Positions 43,349-58,831 of a DNA stretch of 64,000 nucleotides are shown piece by piece. The notes under the pieces were generated by a model. The model worked only from the letters and a program-made list of their open reading frames with translations, had not been told where the DNA came from and searched no databases. Position 1 is the stretch's first letter; every line of letters starts with the position of its first letter. The DNA is from Fonticula alba ATCC 38817 (taxonomy: Eukaryota > Protista > Nucleariida), in assembly GCA_000388065.2 (NCBI GenBank), contig KB932201.1. One strand, 5' to 3'. The translations under genes and the position numbers were made by a program.

Positions 43349-46300
43349 TCAGTTGACGGCGCGGTAATAGCGGTGCTCACTCTCGGCGAAGCCCTGGGCC
43401 TCGGCCTGGTTGGACCCGAGTGAGGTCGGCAGGATTGGCCGGGACTCCATGAGGGCCGCCTGGGAGGCACCGCCGCGAGCCTGGTCGGCATCCACCTGGC
43501 GGCTGCTGCCGAAGAAGCCCACCACCGCGGCGACGACCGCCGCACCGGCGGCCACACCGCCGACCATCAGAGCCCCGGCCGCGGCCATGGAGTTCTGCCA
43601 CAGGGTCTTGTTGTCGGTGTCCCCGCCGGCGGCAGGGGCGTCATCTTCCAGGTCCGGGAAATCACGGTACAGCTCATCGAGCGGGATCTTGGGATTGCCG
43701 ATGGGCCCGGGGTTCGGGCCGGGGCCGGGTTCGTCATGGCCAGCACCCCCCTCGGGGAGATGCTCATCCAGACGGGTGGGGCCCTTGAAGGGCCGGTCGG
43801 GAACCGGCTCCGCCGCCAGGTGGTCCTCGGGCAGATGCTCCCGGTCGGCCTCGCCATGCGGCAAGTCTACCCTCAGCTGGTCGAGCTCACTTCGCTTGAG
43901 AAAAGGAGACGGCTTCTGGAAACGGGAAGGCTTGCGCAGGCGGCCGGACCAGGGCCGGTCGGTGGACACGGTGCGCGGCCGGCCCGACGGGGTGGGCAGC
44001 TCGCTCGGGCGCTCGGTCGGATCCTCCGGATGCACGGTGGGGGTGGTGTCGTTGCCATCGCCAGGGCCCGGGCGGATGGTGGGCTCCAGGGTCGGGTAGC
44101 CGACTTCCTCATGCCACTCGCGGTTCGGGCCATCCTCCCGGTGGTCCAGGTCCGGCTGGTGCTCCGGCTCCTCGGCCCAGCCGGGGAACTTGTGCACCGG
44201 CGAGGTGGCCATCGGATACTTGAGGGGGGGAATCTTGGTCGAGGTGGGCACGCAGGATCCCTTGACGCACCACTTGCCCGAGCCACAGGGGGTACCATCA
44301 AGCTGGTAGGTGTGGTTGAGCCAGCAGCTGTCGTTGGCCTTCTTGGAGCAGAACACCTTGCAGATGTAGTTCTTGCCGTTGCTGCCGAACCAGTTGGGAT
44401 CGCAGGCCTCGGCCGACTTGCCGAAGGCCATCTTGCACTGCTGCTTGGCATCGTAGCACTTGCCAAAGATCGGGTTACAGCTGGACGAAGGCCAGCTACC
44501 GGTCTTCTCTGTGCTCGCGCGCGCGCGGAGGGCCCGCCGCGGGCGAGTAGGGGTAGGCAGNNNNNNNNNNNNNNNNNNNNNNNNNNNNCAGTGACTTGCA
44601 TGGTCTATGGCCAGGGGTGTGGCCACGCCTCCCTAAAGCCGGGGGGAGGGGGGCGCGATAGACCCAGATTCGGCCAAAGACCAAGGGTGGGTATGTGGCA
44701 CGAAAAAGACAAACAACCCAAAACGCACTGTTGTGGCACGACACGCCCCGGAGGTAGCGCTCGATCTGGCTGACTGAGCAAGTGGAGAAGCGGAAAGGAA
44801 TCTGCATGCCGGACCCGGTGGACGGGCTCATGATGAACTTGCGCGAGTTGCAAGATCCCGAAGAGCCGGAGCCATCGTGTCTGCACACGTGGGAACGCAA
44901 AGCGGCACCGCGCGGCAACACAAGCCAGGGTGCGAGAATCCCATCAAACCGAACATGACAAGCGCCGGAAGGCGAACAGGTTAGAACGAGCCACGAAGGG
45001 GGGAAACATGCCCGAGCCAAAGGTCAGGCACGGACGCCCACCCCCCGGGGGCATTCCCACTCTCTTGCTCGCCGCACAGATCGCGGAGAGGGGGGGGGGG
45101 GGCGGAGGCGAGAATATCCCGAGTCGACAGTGGAACACGTACGGCGCACTGAGAGTGTGGCCAATTTCATGGGCCACGGTCACCGCGTCGGAGAAGGACC
45201 GACCGATGGAAATGCCGGACGAGTAGGCCGAGCTGCAGGAATTGGACATCCACGCCAGGCCGGCGATCCCACCGCTCCAGGTCTCCAGGCCGGTCAGGTG
45301 GATGGCCACGTCGAAGCCCTTCTTGCCCTTGATGCCCTGCATATAGCGCGACCAGTTGTTGAGGGTGGAGTCGGAACTGTTGCTGACACTGAAGGGATCG
45401 GAGCCGCTGCTGATCATGATCTCCTTGGGCAGGATGTAGATGTTCTGACTGAACCCAGTGCGATACATGGAATCCACGACGTAGGCCAGGTTGATCAGGT
45501 AGTTGCGCATGTCGTTGGTGCTCTTGCCATGGTGCTTGACCAGCCGGCTGTCCGCGTAGTAGAATGTCTCCACGTAGTAGGCGGCCCGCTGGGCGCCGGT
45601 GTCATCGGGCTCGCCGCGCGTGGTCTTGCGCCGGGCGAGGGAGGCCGCGGCCTCGGCCGCCGCCTCGGCCGCGTCCAGGTCGTTGGCCGTGCGCTCCGCC
45701 GACAGGTTGGCATACTCCCGGCGCGCGGCCGGGGTCATCTCGCTGACCGGGACCTCCAGGATGCGGCCCAGCTCGGCCAAGCGCCGCATCTCGGCATCCG
45801 AGATGATGCTATTGCCATCGGCATCGAGCTGGATGTTGACCGCATGCGCCGAGGAGCTTGGCCGATAGCGCCACTCATGATCCTGGGACATGCCACAGGT
45901 GGGGGCCTCGGCCAGGCCGTCCGCGCGCCGGCGCTCGGCCATCCGCGCGGCCTTGAACCGCTGGAGATCGCTCATCTTGTAGACAACATGCTGCTGGGAG
46001 ACGGACGGGTCCCTGGCGCTGCGGGCGAATAGCTCGTGGTCCGGCCGATCGGCCCGGCTGGTGCCAGCGAAGAAGGTGTCCGCCGGCTCGATGAAGAACT
46101 GCTGCTCCGGGGCATCGCCGACGGTGATGATACCAAACTGCCGGCGGGGACGGGAGGGCGACAGACACCAAGCGAGTCAACCGGGGAATGGGTCAGAAAG
46201 TAGGTCCTTTTGCTTGAGGCGCAGAGGTGTGTGTGTGTGTGTGTGCGTGCGTGTGGGCGTGTGGGCGTGTGGGCGTGTGGGCGTGTGGGCGTGTGTGCGT

Positions 46301-46774
46301 CGCAATGGCGATGGGGCTGGGGACAGGGATGTGTCAAAGGGATGGCAAACGAACCATCTTCCCATCACAGGTAGACATCCGGACGTAGGAGTTCTGGACG
46401 CCGATGACCCGGCCCTCGTAGTGACAATTCTCCGCGCCGCGAGTTTGCGTCTCGGTGCCATCCTCATTGAGGATGGTCACCACAAGGTCCGAAACATCGA
46501 AGTCCGGGTTGGCCGTCAGGGCCAGCTTCATCGGCTCCCCGTCGAGCTCGACCTGGACCTCAACTCGATCGCTGTGCACACCGAGCCCTCGAGCATTCCG
46601 GTACATGACCGTATCCAGGGACGAGGCGGCCATGCGGACGGAATGACTGTCGGTGCCGCGTGCCGCACCCCGCAGAGGGTACAGCTGCCGGGGAAGCATC
46701 ATGCGGTGAGGAACCACAGCATCTGGAAACCGGGTAGTGACGCGAGCAAGAGCGCGGGGGGGAGGGGGGGAGAG

Positions 46775-46817
<43 letters not shown>

Positions 46818-47016
46818 TCAGCTAGTGTGCTTTGGCGAGTAGCAGCCAGCCAGTTGGGATCCAGCGAGGCACAGGCGGGGTGAACATGGGCGTACCACTA
46901 CGCCGGGCGAATTCGGCATGACTGCCCGACACGGCAAACAGCGACAGGCAGAGCAGGGCCAGAGCGGCCTTGACCGAGGTAACGCCCCAGCGGGGGAAAG
47001 TAGAATTCGAGCACAT
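43349..47016 (-). CDS. Type-I membrane M12B (reprolysin) metalloprotease with ADAMTS-type catalytic and Cys-rich domains (~931 aa)
   Basis: Exons 47016-46896, 46722-46355, 46137-45143, 44880-44729, 44508-43349. Signal peptide AALALLCLSLFAVSGSHA; prodomain NCHYEGRV..MSTCDG; Cys-switch PTCG; YVETFYYAD; HEIGHTLSAPHD; Met-turn FIMSP; Cys-rich YDAKQQC..FG..DGTPCGSGKWCVKGSC; C-terminal TM segment. Confidence 0.85.
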
Positions 47017-49711
47017 GTGGGTGACTTTGACAGTGCGGGTGTTTGGGAAGAGGAGAGCGGAAGGACAACGAGGGAGATACGTCAAGGAGGAGGCGACGTC
47101 GGGGCGGGGGGCGGGGGGTGTCTGTGTGGATGGGAGCAGCCCAAATCGAGGAGACTGCCGGCTATGACTTGGATGGGTGTGAGGATCGATCTGCTGAGGG
47201 CACTCAACCGGGAAGCTTAAATACCCGGCATGAGGGATCGCAAAGTCAAGGTGCATCTCCCCTTCGGCCCCGGCCGTCGCCTGGCAGCATCTTACATGCT
47301 GTTCCCCCGCGTAATTGTTTGGCTGCCTCATCGTCGCCCCCTCCCCCCCCCTCCCCCACCTCGGGTCACCCTCGCGCGCCCTCTGCACGCGGTTGTGCGT
47401 CGCCCACCCTCCGAGGTCTGGGTGCGCCTCAACCCAGGCGGGCGCGCACCTACCCACCGCCCCGGCCAAGCAGGCAGACAGTCAGCCAGGCAGACAGACA
47501 AATGAACCCACGCAGGGGAACCCAAGGCCCCTGGTCCGGCTGATGATGGGACACATGGCCTCAAGCCGGTCGATGGGCCGGCCTTGGCATCGAGGCAGGC
47601 AGTCCCACGCGGGGGCTTGACGGAGAGGGCCCGGGCCTCGATGCGCCGGTATGGACCCGGCGTGGCCTGCCTGCCTGCCCAGCCCATGATCGAACAGAGT
47701 TCGGCCCCTCCTAGCCAGTATGAGAAGGTGGCTTCGACCCTGGCCGCGTGGAATCCGCCGGCTACTCCATTGACCAAGGGCCTTGGAAATCCTCATCGTG
47801 CGAGAGGATCCAACAAGGAGCCGGATGAGGGACGAGGCTGGGAAGACACCGACAGAGCCGTCCAACATTCGGAGGAGACGGCCAATCTCCCGGGAATTCC
47901 TCCCGTCACACATTTTCAGCCCACGATCATTGCGTTTCAATCTTTCCCCAGGAACACCACAGACCTGGAAAGCCAACATAGATGGGAGAATCGAAGTGTC
48001 AAGCCTGCCCTACTTTGACTCTTCCGGTCTCCTCCTCCGCACCCCTCCCCCCCCTCCCGCACTCCCGCCCACGCCCTCCATCGCCGCGTCCCAGGAGGGA
48101 GCCCCCGGCATTGGAGGGCCGGACGAAGCTCGCCCCCATCCCCCGCGAGCAGGGGTCTCGGTTGGCTGCCCAAAATAAACATCCGAGTCAAGACCGGGAA
48201 TATTAATAACATTGTTCCCAGCGCCCGGGTCAATGGCATCCCCATGCCCGATCCCCACGCCTCCTCGTGGTCTGCGGCGCAGGCCTTGGTCTCCCGGTTC
48301 CCGGCCACTCCATATAGGGCGGCAAAAGGCCCGGCAGAAGGTGGCCAACTCACGGGTGCTTTTGCCCGCTCGATTGTGGGGTAACACCCTGGTCGCACAT
48401 CCGTCCAAATCTGCCTTTCCCTGAAAAGTGGTCGCAACTGACGGGCGAGTATCGCCCCGAGTCGCCCTCCCGCCCCAGGAAGTCCATTCCTGCCGCATGC
48501 CCGCCGGTGGATATCCAGCTGCTGCTGGTCTCCCTCACTTTCCACTGGAGGTGGCGCCCGCCACCACATTTCAAGGTGTAACGAAAGCGCGGTCACACGC
48601 GACACCGGGCATCCCACAGTAAACACCGGTCGCTGCGGATTAAAATATGACGATAATTTCGAGTTTAGGGTCGAGGATAGTCAACTCGTCGCACGTGATA
48701 TGTGCCTCGCAGTTGCCAATGAACATGGGAGCTTGCCCTTTGTCCCGCCCTGGTCCGTTGGCTGGGATCCGGCCAGTCCGGCGGCGGGGCGTGAATGGAA
48801 TCCTGCACAGGCCGCGAAGCAAACATGGCGCGGGTCCCCGATGGCCCGAACGCCGCCACGCCGTCTCCTCCGAGGAGGACACTTTTCCCACCGGCTGCGT
48901 GGTACACACGCGAATGATGAAATCCCCGGAGCCCGGCACACGAAAGGCGGCGAGGAGGTCCAACTCTCGCTCCTCCTGAAGAGAAGATGGTGGTGTCTAT
49001 GTGTCGGCGACAACGCTGGGGACTTTATTCTTTGGATATTCTTGTTGGGGGGGGGGGTCACACGAGCACGCATGTCCGTGTTGTAGGGGGAGGGGGGGGG
49101 GGACTCTGAGAAGTGGCAGACGCGACAAGCCTTTGGACGAAACGCTGCGCGGCCTCCTCCAAGGGGAGGGGAGGAAAGACATGGAGGAAGAGGAATGGGG
49201 GTGGCTCAAGGGGAAAGGCAGAGCGCGCACCACCAGGCCTCCGAGAGGGATTTGCTGTAGGCCGGTGATGCGTTTGCCAAGACGGGATAGGGGGGAGGGC
49301 GGCAGGAAGGGGAGGAGAGGAAGGGAGGGGGTGCAGGGCGAGGGGAAAGAAGGGAGGCGTGCCGGAGAGAGGGAAAAGCGCAGATAGGCATGCACGCGTG
49401 CAGGTGCACAGTCACTCAAGGGCACCAGCTCGCACAAACTCCGGTGCGTTTGGAGCTATTCTCTCGGCCTCCCCTCCTGTGCTCTGCTCGCTTCTTCGCA
49501 TGTGGCTCCCCCCTCCCCCTTATTCTCGCTCTCTCTTCCTGGCTCTTGTTCCTTCCTTTATCGCGCTGGCCTGCCCGCGCACTCCCTGGCTCTCTCCCTT
49601 TGTGGGTCTGAGGAGGAGGGGGGAGGGAGGGGGGAGGGAGGGGGGAGGGGTGCAGATACAGAGACACACAGACAGCGACACGGGCACACACATGCATGCA
49701 CCTAACCTAAC

Positions 49712-53091
<3,380 letters not shown>

Positions 53092-55245
53092 ATTGACTAA
53101 GTGCGGACTCTCTGCGTATTTGGGTGCGCGAATGGAGGAGACGGCAGGGGACCCCCGGGGGAAGAGACGGAGACGGAAGGCAGGGGGGTCAGAGAGTGAT
53201 ATGGGTCTCTACGTCTGTCGGGGACGGAAGAAGGGGGAGAGGAGAGGGGGAGAGGAGAGGGGGAAAGGGGGGGGGGGGGGGAGTCAAGGACGGAAAACAG
53301 GAAGAGAAGGCGAACACAGCCGACGGGAACCGGTGCAAAGGCATGGAGAAGGCCCAGACAGGGGAGGCGAGGGTGAGGGGGAAGGGGGAGAGACAGAGGG
53401 AGCATACAAGGTAGCGGGGAAAACCAGAGGGAAGGCACTCTGCTCGGGAAGGGAACGGCGGGGCCTCGTCGCCGGTCCACAAAAAGATGTCCTTTGGCGT
53501 TGTGTGCCAAGAGAAGCAGGAGCTCGGGGCGACATTTCCCCCCCCCCCCCCCTCCCCCCTGCAAGGAAGAGGGGAGGGGCCACACACGCTCCAAACACAC
53601 ATGCATGTGCACCCCCGCCCACACACTGGCGTTCGCGCGGGAACCCACTGGACGTGGGGCTCGCTGGGCTGGGCGCGACTCCCGCCCCCCCTTCCCCCCC
53701 CCCTCCCCCAGGGGGCGCTGGCGGGTAGACGCCACCTCAGAAAAGAGCCTTCTTCCTCGCGCCGCCCCCTTCGCCACCCCCGGGCATTCCCTCGGGCCGT
53801 TCAACCGGAGGGGGGGGGGGGGGGAGAAACAATAACACCTCCTGGAATAGCGAGGGAGAGAGAGAGAGAGATAACACAATTGTCCATGTAAAAAAGGATG
53901 TTTGTTGCCAGGCTCTGTCGGGCGACAAAGCGCCGGGCCCGGAGGAAAGTGCCTCTACACATGTCACGGTGGCGATGGTGTCTCCGAGCAGGGAGACTCC
54001 AACCACAAATGAAAAACGCTCCGGCGCCTTCTCGAGAAGCAGCCCTCCGGCGCGTGTGCTCGGCGGTGTCAGCCCCGTCCGATTGCGGCGGAGTGTGCCG
54101 CCAGCGCCCCTTTCTCTCGCCCAACGTCGGGTGAGGCTCCGGGCGCGCGCGCGCGCGCGCGCACCCGGCTCCCCTCCGCTGGGAGCTCCCGTGGCCGCCT
54201 GAGCCAGCTTCCTTTCCAAGTCCTTGGGGCTGGCGAGGACGCCGAAAGCATGATCGGTCTCCTGGGCCCTTTGTTAACAGGCCCCCCCCTCTCCCCGCCC
54301 CCTCTCTGCCCCGCCCGAAGGAGGACGGCCGGCCACGACCAGGTGGCTCAAATGCCCCCGGCACCGCCCTCCCCCTCCTCCGGCAATGCCGCCCCCAGGC
54401 GATGGCCGAAACGTACAAATCAACCCTTGCCGGTTTTGAGGGCCCGCCGCCTCTAGTGGCTAGAACCCAACTGTCAAACATGCTCGGGACGACCGCCTGA
54501 GACCCATGCTCTCCCCGGTGGCCCTTCGTCTTACCTTCGCAAACGCCTGCTAGCACTCTCCTGTGGCGAGAAGTCTCCTCTCCCTCGCCCCCCCCCCCCC
54601 ATGCTCTTCCCCAGGCGGAGAGGGGTTGTCCGGCCCCGCAGGATGCACCCCCGCCCCCCAACGACGGCCCGGCCACCTCGGGCGACTCTCGGCTCCGGGC
54701 CCGGCCCCATGCCCCTCACGCTTCATTCTCTGGGCCGCGGAACGCTGCCGAGCCTTGACAGACGCCCTAGGGTTTGAGCATGTGATTCTGACTGCCGGCG
54801 CATCGACAATACCTTCGCGCTTGCGTTGGGATGTGATGTTCCCCCCCATCCGAGGGCGCGCCGCCGGCTGGATGCACACGACGAACACACCTCCCGCCGC
54901 GGCCGCCGTCTCCCCCCCCGACACACCCACACGAACGCGCCTCGGAGCCCGCTCACGACGGCGAATACGAATCCCTGCATATAGGCCAGGCAGAGGAGGG
55001 AGAATGTACATTCTGCGAGGGAGAGGCAGAAGGGAGACGAGAAAGGCCTCTGCGTGTGCATGCACACATGCACGCACTCGGACATGGGAGTGATGGGATG
55101 ATCAAATGCATGCTCAAAGACAGTCATATACACGCGCGCACACACACACCCACACACAAACATACGTGTGCCCAAGCATGAGAAAAAGGGAAGAGAGGTC
55201 GATCCCCTGCCCGCCCCTCCGGTCACATGTGTTTTCTTCCCCTTG

Positions 55246-56169
55246 TCAGAGATCCTGCATGGAGTCCATGCTGTTGGCGGCCGTGGTGCTGGCCACAAGA
55301 TGCGCCGCATGCGCCGATGAGGAGGAGGCATTTACCGAGGACAGGCGCTGGAAGGATGTGCTGGAAGAGGCGCCCGCCGAGGCGGTTGTGGCCCCGGAGT
55401 GCGAGGAGAGGCCGGCCACCGTGCGCGACCGCATGCCCGGGCTGCTGCCAGTCGACACGGCTCCGCCATCACCGAGGGTGCGCGATGGCCCGGTCATGGT
55501 GTTGATCGGCCGAGGGCCACCGCCAGGGACCTGCTGCCGGGCTGCCCCGGCAGAGGAACCCCCCCGGCCGGTGGCATTGCTGGACGAGCCAGAAATCGGT
55601 GGTGGCGGAGGTGGCGGGCTCATGCCCATCTGCTCATAGAAATCCGCCGTGGGCGGCTCAATCAGGAACTGCGGCACCAGACAGGGAACAGCCGTGGCAA
55701 AGCGAGCCAGGCGGTTGACCCAGCCCGGGGAGGGAGTCCCAGTGAGGAAGGTGGCGAACTCCGAGGCGAAGTGGTTGCAGTTTCTGGATGAAAGAACAAG
55801 GTCAGGCACTGTGGCCTCGCAGCAGCGAGAGAGAGAGAGAGAGANNNNNNNNNNNNNNNNNNNNNNNNNNNNNNNNNNNNNNNNNNNNNNNNNNNNNNNN
55901 NNNNNNNNNNNNNNNNNNNNNNNNNNNNNNNNNNNNNNNNNNNNNNNNNNNNNNNNNNNNNNNNNNNNNNNNNNNNNNNNNNNNNNNNNNNNNNNNNNNN
56001 NNNNNNNNNNNNNNNNNNNNNNNNNNNNNNNNNNNNNNNNNNNNNNNNNNNNNNNNNNNNNNNNNNNNNNNNNNNNNNNNNNNNNNNNNNNNNNNNNNNN
56101 NNNNNNNNNNNNNNNNNNNNNNNNNNNNNNNNNNNNNNNNNNNNNNNNNNNNNNNNNNNNNNNNNNNNN

Positions 56170-56200
<31 letters not shown>

Positions 56201-56680
56201 GAGACGGAGGGCGGGAAGGGGGAAGAGGAAATGGGATACATACCGGCCGATCAGACTGTACTGCGAACCAGTGTATAGGGTGGAGCCCATCTCATCGAGG
56301 TAGGCGATGATTTCCGCGTCCGAGAGGGAGGTGTACCCCATGAGGATGGATTCGCGATAGACAGCGCCCTCGATGTTGCGAGGGGGGCACTCGAAGATGC
56401 CGGTCGAGTTGTAGGGGTGCCCGCCGAAGCAGAACTCCCGGTCCAAGATTTGTACCCCCGAGTGGAAGACACCAAGGCCGATGTGATACAGGGGCTGGTT
56501 CTTTGAGAAAAGATCGTAGACATTCAAGAAAACCGGTCGCCCGGATTGAGGGCCATTGGCTGGGGCGCCGGCTGGCCGGTGGAGGGCGTCCGCCCCGGGG
56601 GCCGGCGTCGGTCCGGTGCCCTTCACCCGTTGCGAGTACGAGTCATCGGACACGCGGCCACGGCTGAGAGTATAAGCCAT
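55246..56680 (-). CDS. DESI2: PPPDE/DeSI peptidase (C97), DESI2-like (~324 aa)
   Basis: Exons 56680-56244 and 55783-55246; the intron contains a gap. VFLNVYDL, GVFHSGV (catalytic His), FCFGGHP, RNCNHF (catalytic Cys), PGWVNRLA. Confidence 0.9.
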
Positions 56681-57327
56681 GCCAGAGAGGAGGGCGATCG
56701 CCGAGAGCGAGGCGACTGGTGCGGCATGTCAGCATGTGAGAAGAAGGGGACAGGGCATGGTGTCGGCGCGACGTACCAACAAGAACAGAGGTGGAGCTCG
56801 AGGACCCCGGAGAGGCGTCACGGAGGAGTATGTTGGCGGGGCCGCAGGGAGAGGGGCCAAGCTGAAGCAAGAAGTGTGGACGTGTGGAGGAAGAGGAGGG
56901 GCAGGAGAAGCGGGAGGAGGACGAGGAGGACGCTGGCGCGAGATCGCCGCCCGGCGATGGCACAGGCCCGGCGGCGGAAAAATGGACGGCCCCGCACCAG
57001 CTACCTCCCTGCCCCGGATGTGTCCTCGGTCCGGTCCTCAGCTCCACGGCTGGTGTGCCAGATCTCGGCTGCGGATGCGCGGGGATGGGCCCGGGGGCCC
57101 CTTGCTCGGGAAGATTGTTCGGCGGCGCTCCGCCCGGGAATTCGCCGCTGCGACCGGCTCCAGGGGTGGAGCGTGCCTGCCACTTATTTCTCAGCACCAA
57201 TGAGCGCCACCAGCGTCGAGGATGCCCGTCCGCACTGACCGTCCCCCGCCCGAACCCCTGCGGGAAGGCCAATCCCCGGTGCTCCCTGTTCAAGGCAGGG
57301 GTGGAGCGTGTGCGTCCCCCGGACTTG

Positions 57328-57371
<44 letters not shown>

Positions 57372-58831
57372 GTGTGTGTGTGTGTGTGTGTCCGTGTGTC
57401 GGTATGCCTTCCAGCACTGGGCCCGGGGGGGGGGGACCAGTCGAAGAAGAGCAGAGGCGGGCCTCAAATCGGCCGGCCGCGGTGTACATCCACCGGGCCC
57501 GCCCTGGCGCCAAGAGAATGTGGCTGACCACCAGGGAGGGTGTCAGGTCCGGGGGGGGAAACAGCGCCCCTGTTCCCCCGCCCCCGCCCCGTGCGCCCCC
57601 GCACCTGAACGAATGGGAAGAAGGTCGATTGGTGTCTCGACCAGACTGATGGGGGGCGGGGGTGGCACCGGAGCCTGGCGACCGGGAGACTTCCCGCGTC
57701 TGCCCGCGCACACCACGGCAGCCCCCGCCACCCCGGGGGGGGGGGGGGGGGGAACCGCGGGGTGCTGACCCGGAGAAACTGACCCCGCTTCGGAACTCCA
57801 ATCAGAGAAGACACAAGAGGGGGGGGCATGTAGGCGGAAACATGTGCGCACGCCTCCCCCCCCCCCCGCCCCCCAGTCTGCCCGTGTGCTGTTGGGGAAG
57901 CACCTGCCCCGCCCCGGTTCCCCGTGGGGCCGGGCCGGAGGATAACAAGCGATCAACCCGACCACCGCTCGGTCATTTGGAGGGGCATGGGCGCCAGCGC
58001 CCCGGCAGGGTACCCAGGTTTCTGGGCCCCGGGCTGCAGATCGAAGCACCCGCGCTGGGAGAACTATCTGCTCGCCTCTCTGCGCCACAGGGCCGGAAGA
58101 TTATGGATTTCATGTCTCCAGAGCGTGGCGGTCTGCACGCCGGGCCCTTGTCGCCGCCGCCGCCGCCGCCGCTGCCGCCGCCGCCACTGCAGAGCTTGTA
58201 GACAGGGCCCGGCGCCCGGGAGGGTCAGACGTTCGCATGAGACTAAGTGACGTAACTCTCTTTAGCCAATCCACCTGACACCTGGGTCCGGGCGACCCGG
58301 GAAGGAGATACAAGGTGCAGGCGTCGTGATGGACGCGTGCCCGATGGCCAGGTCCCACCAGCAGGACCGCCCCGAGCAAACAAAGGGCCGGACCGCCGAA
58401 GTCCCGGCCCCGGCGCGCAGACTCCCCCCCCTTCTCCCGAGCCCGGAGGGACACGACGGCACTCTCGGGCATTGCCTCGAACCAGGTCTTGTGCTTGTAT
58501 CGCAGATCTTCCGGATCGGGATTTCTGGTTTCACAGCCCCCTCTGGGGCGTGAATACAAAAGGGCCGAGGGGGGAAAAGGGCAAGGAGGGCAGTGTATTG
58601 GGCATGGCCTCAAAGTGAGGAGAAGGAGGCGGGGCACAATCGAACAGCCCTGCTCTCGGGCAGGCGGGCAGCAGGGGCGCCAAGCAGGGCGGGAGCGACT
58701 CCCCCCCTGGGCGTGGATGTGATCTCTGCGTCAGGCAGAGGGAGGGAGGGAAGGAAAAAAAAAACGCCGAAACACATTCATGTGTGAGTGGGGGGGGGGG
58801 GGGGGGGGCAATGACAAACACCACATGCGAC

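Noticed and set aside
48910-48980. Box C (ATGATGA) and box D (CTGA) 60 nt apart
   Set aside because: No terminal stem, no rRNA-complementary guide recognised, and no host gene on that strand.
48640-49300. Possible small minus-strand gene (ELDLLAAFRVPGSGDFIIR ... ELTILDPKLEIIVIF)
   Set aside because: Could not build a consistent ATG-to-stop exon chain or recognise a domain; unresolved without RNA-seq.
58248-58270. CRE-like TGACGTAA plus CCAAT near the bZIP gene
   Set aside because: A single short motif downstream of the bZIP gene and 1.6 kb from the DESI2 start; not above chance.
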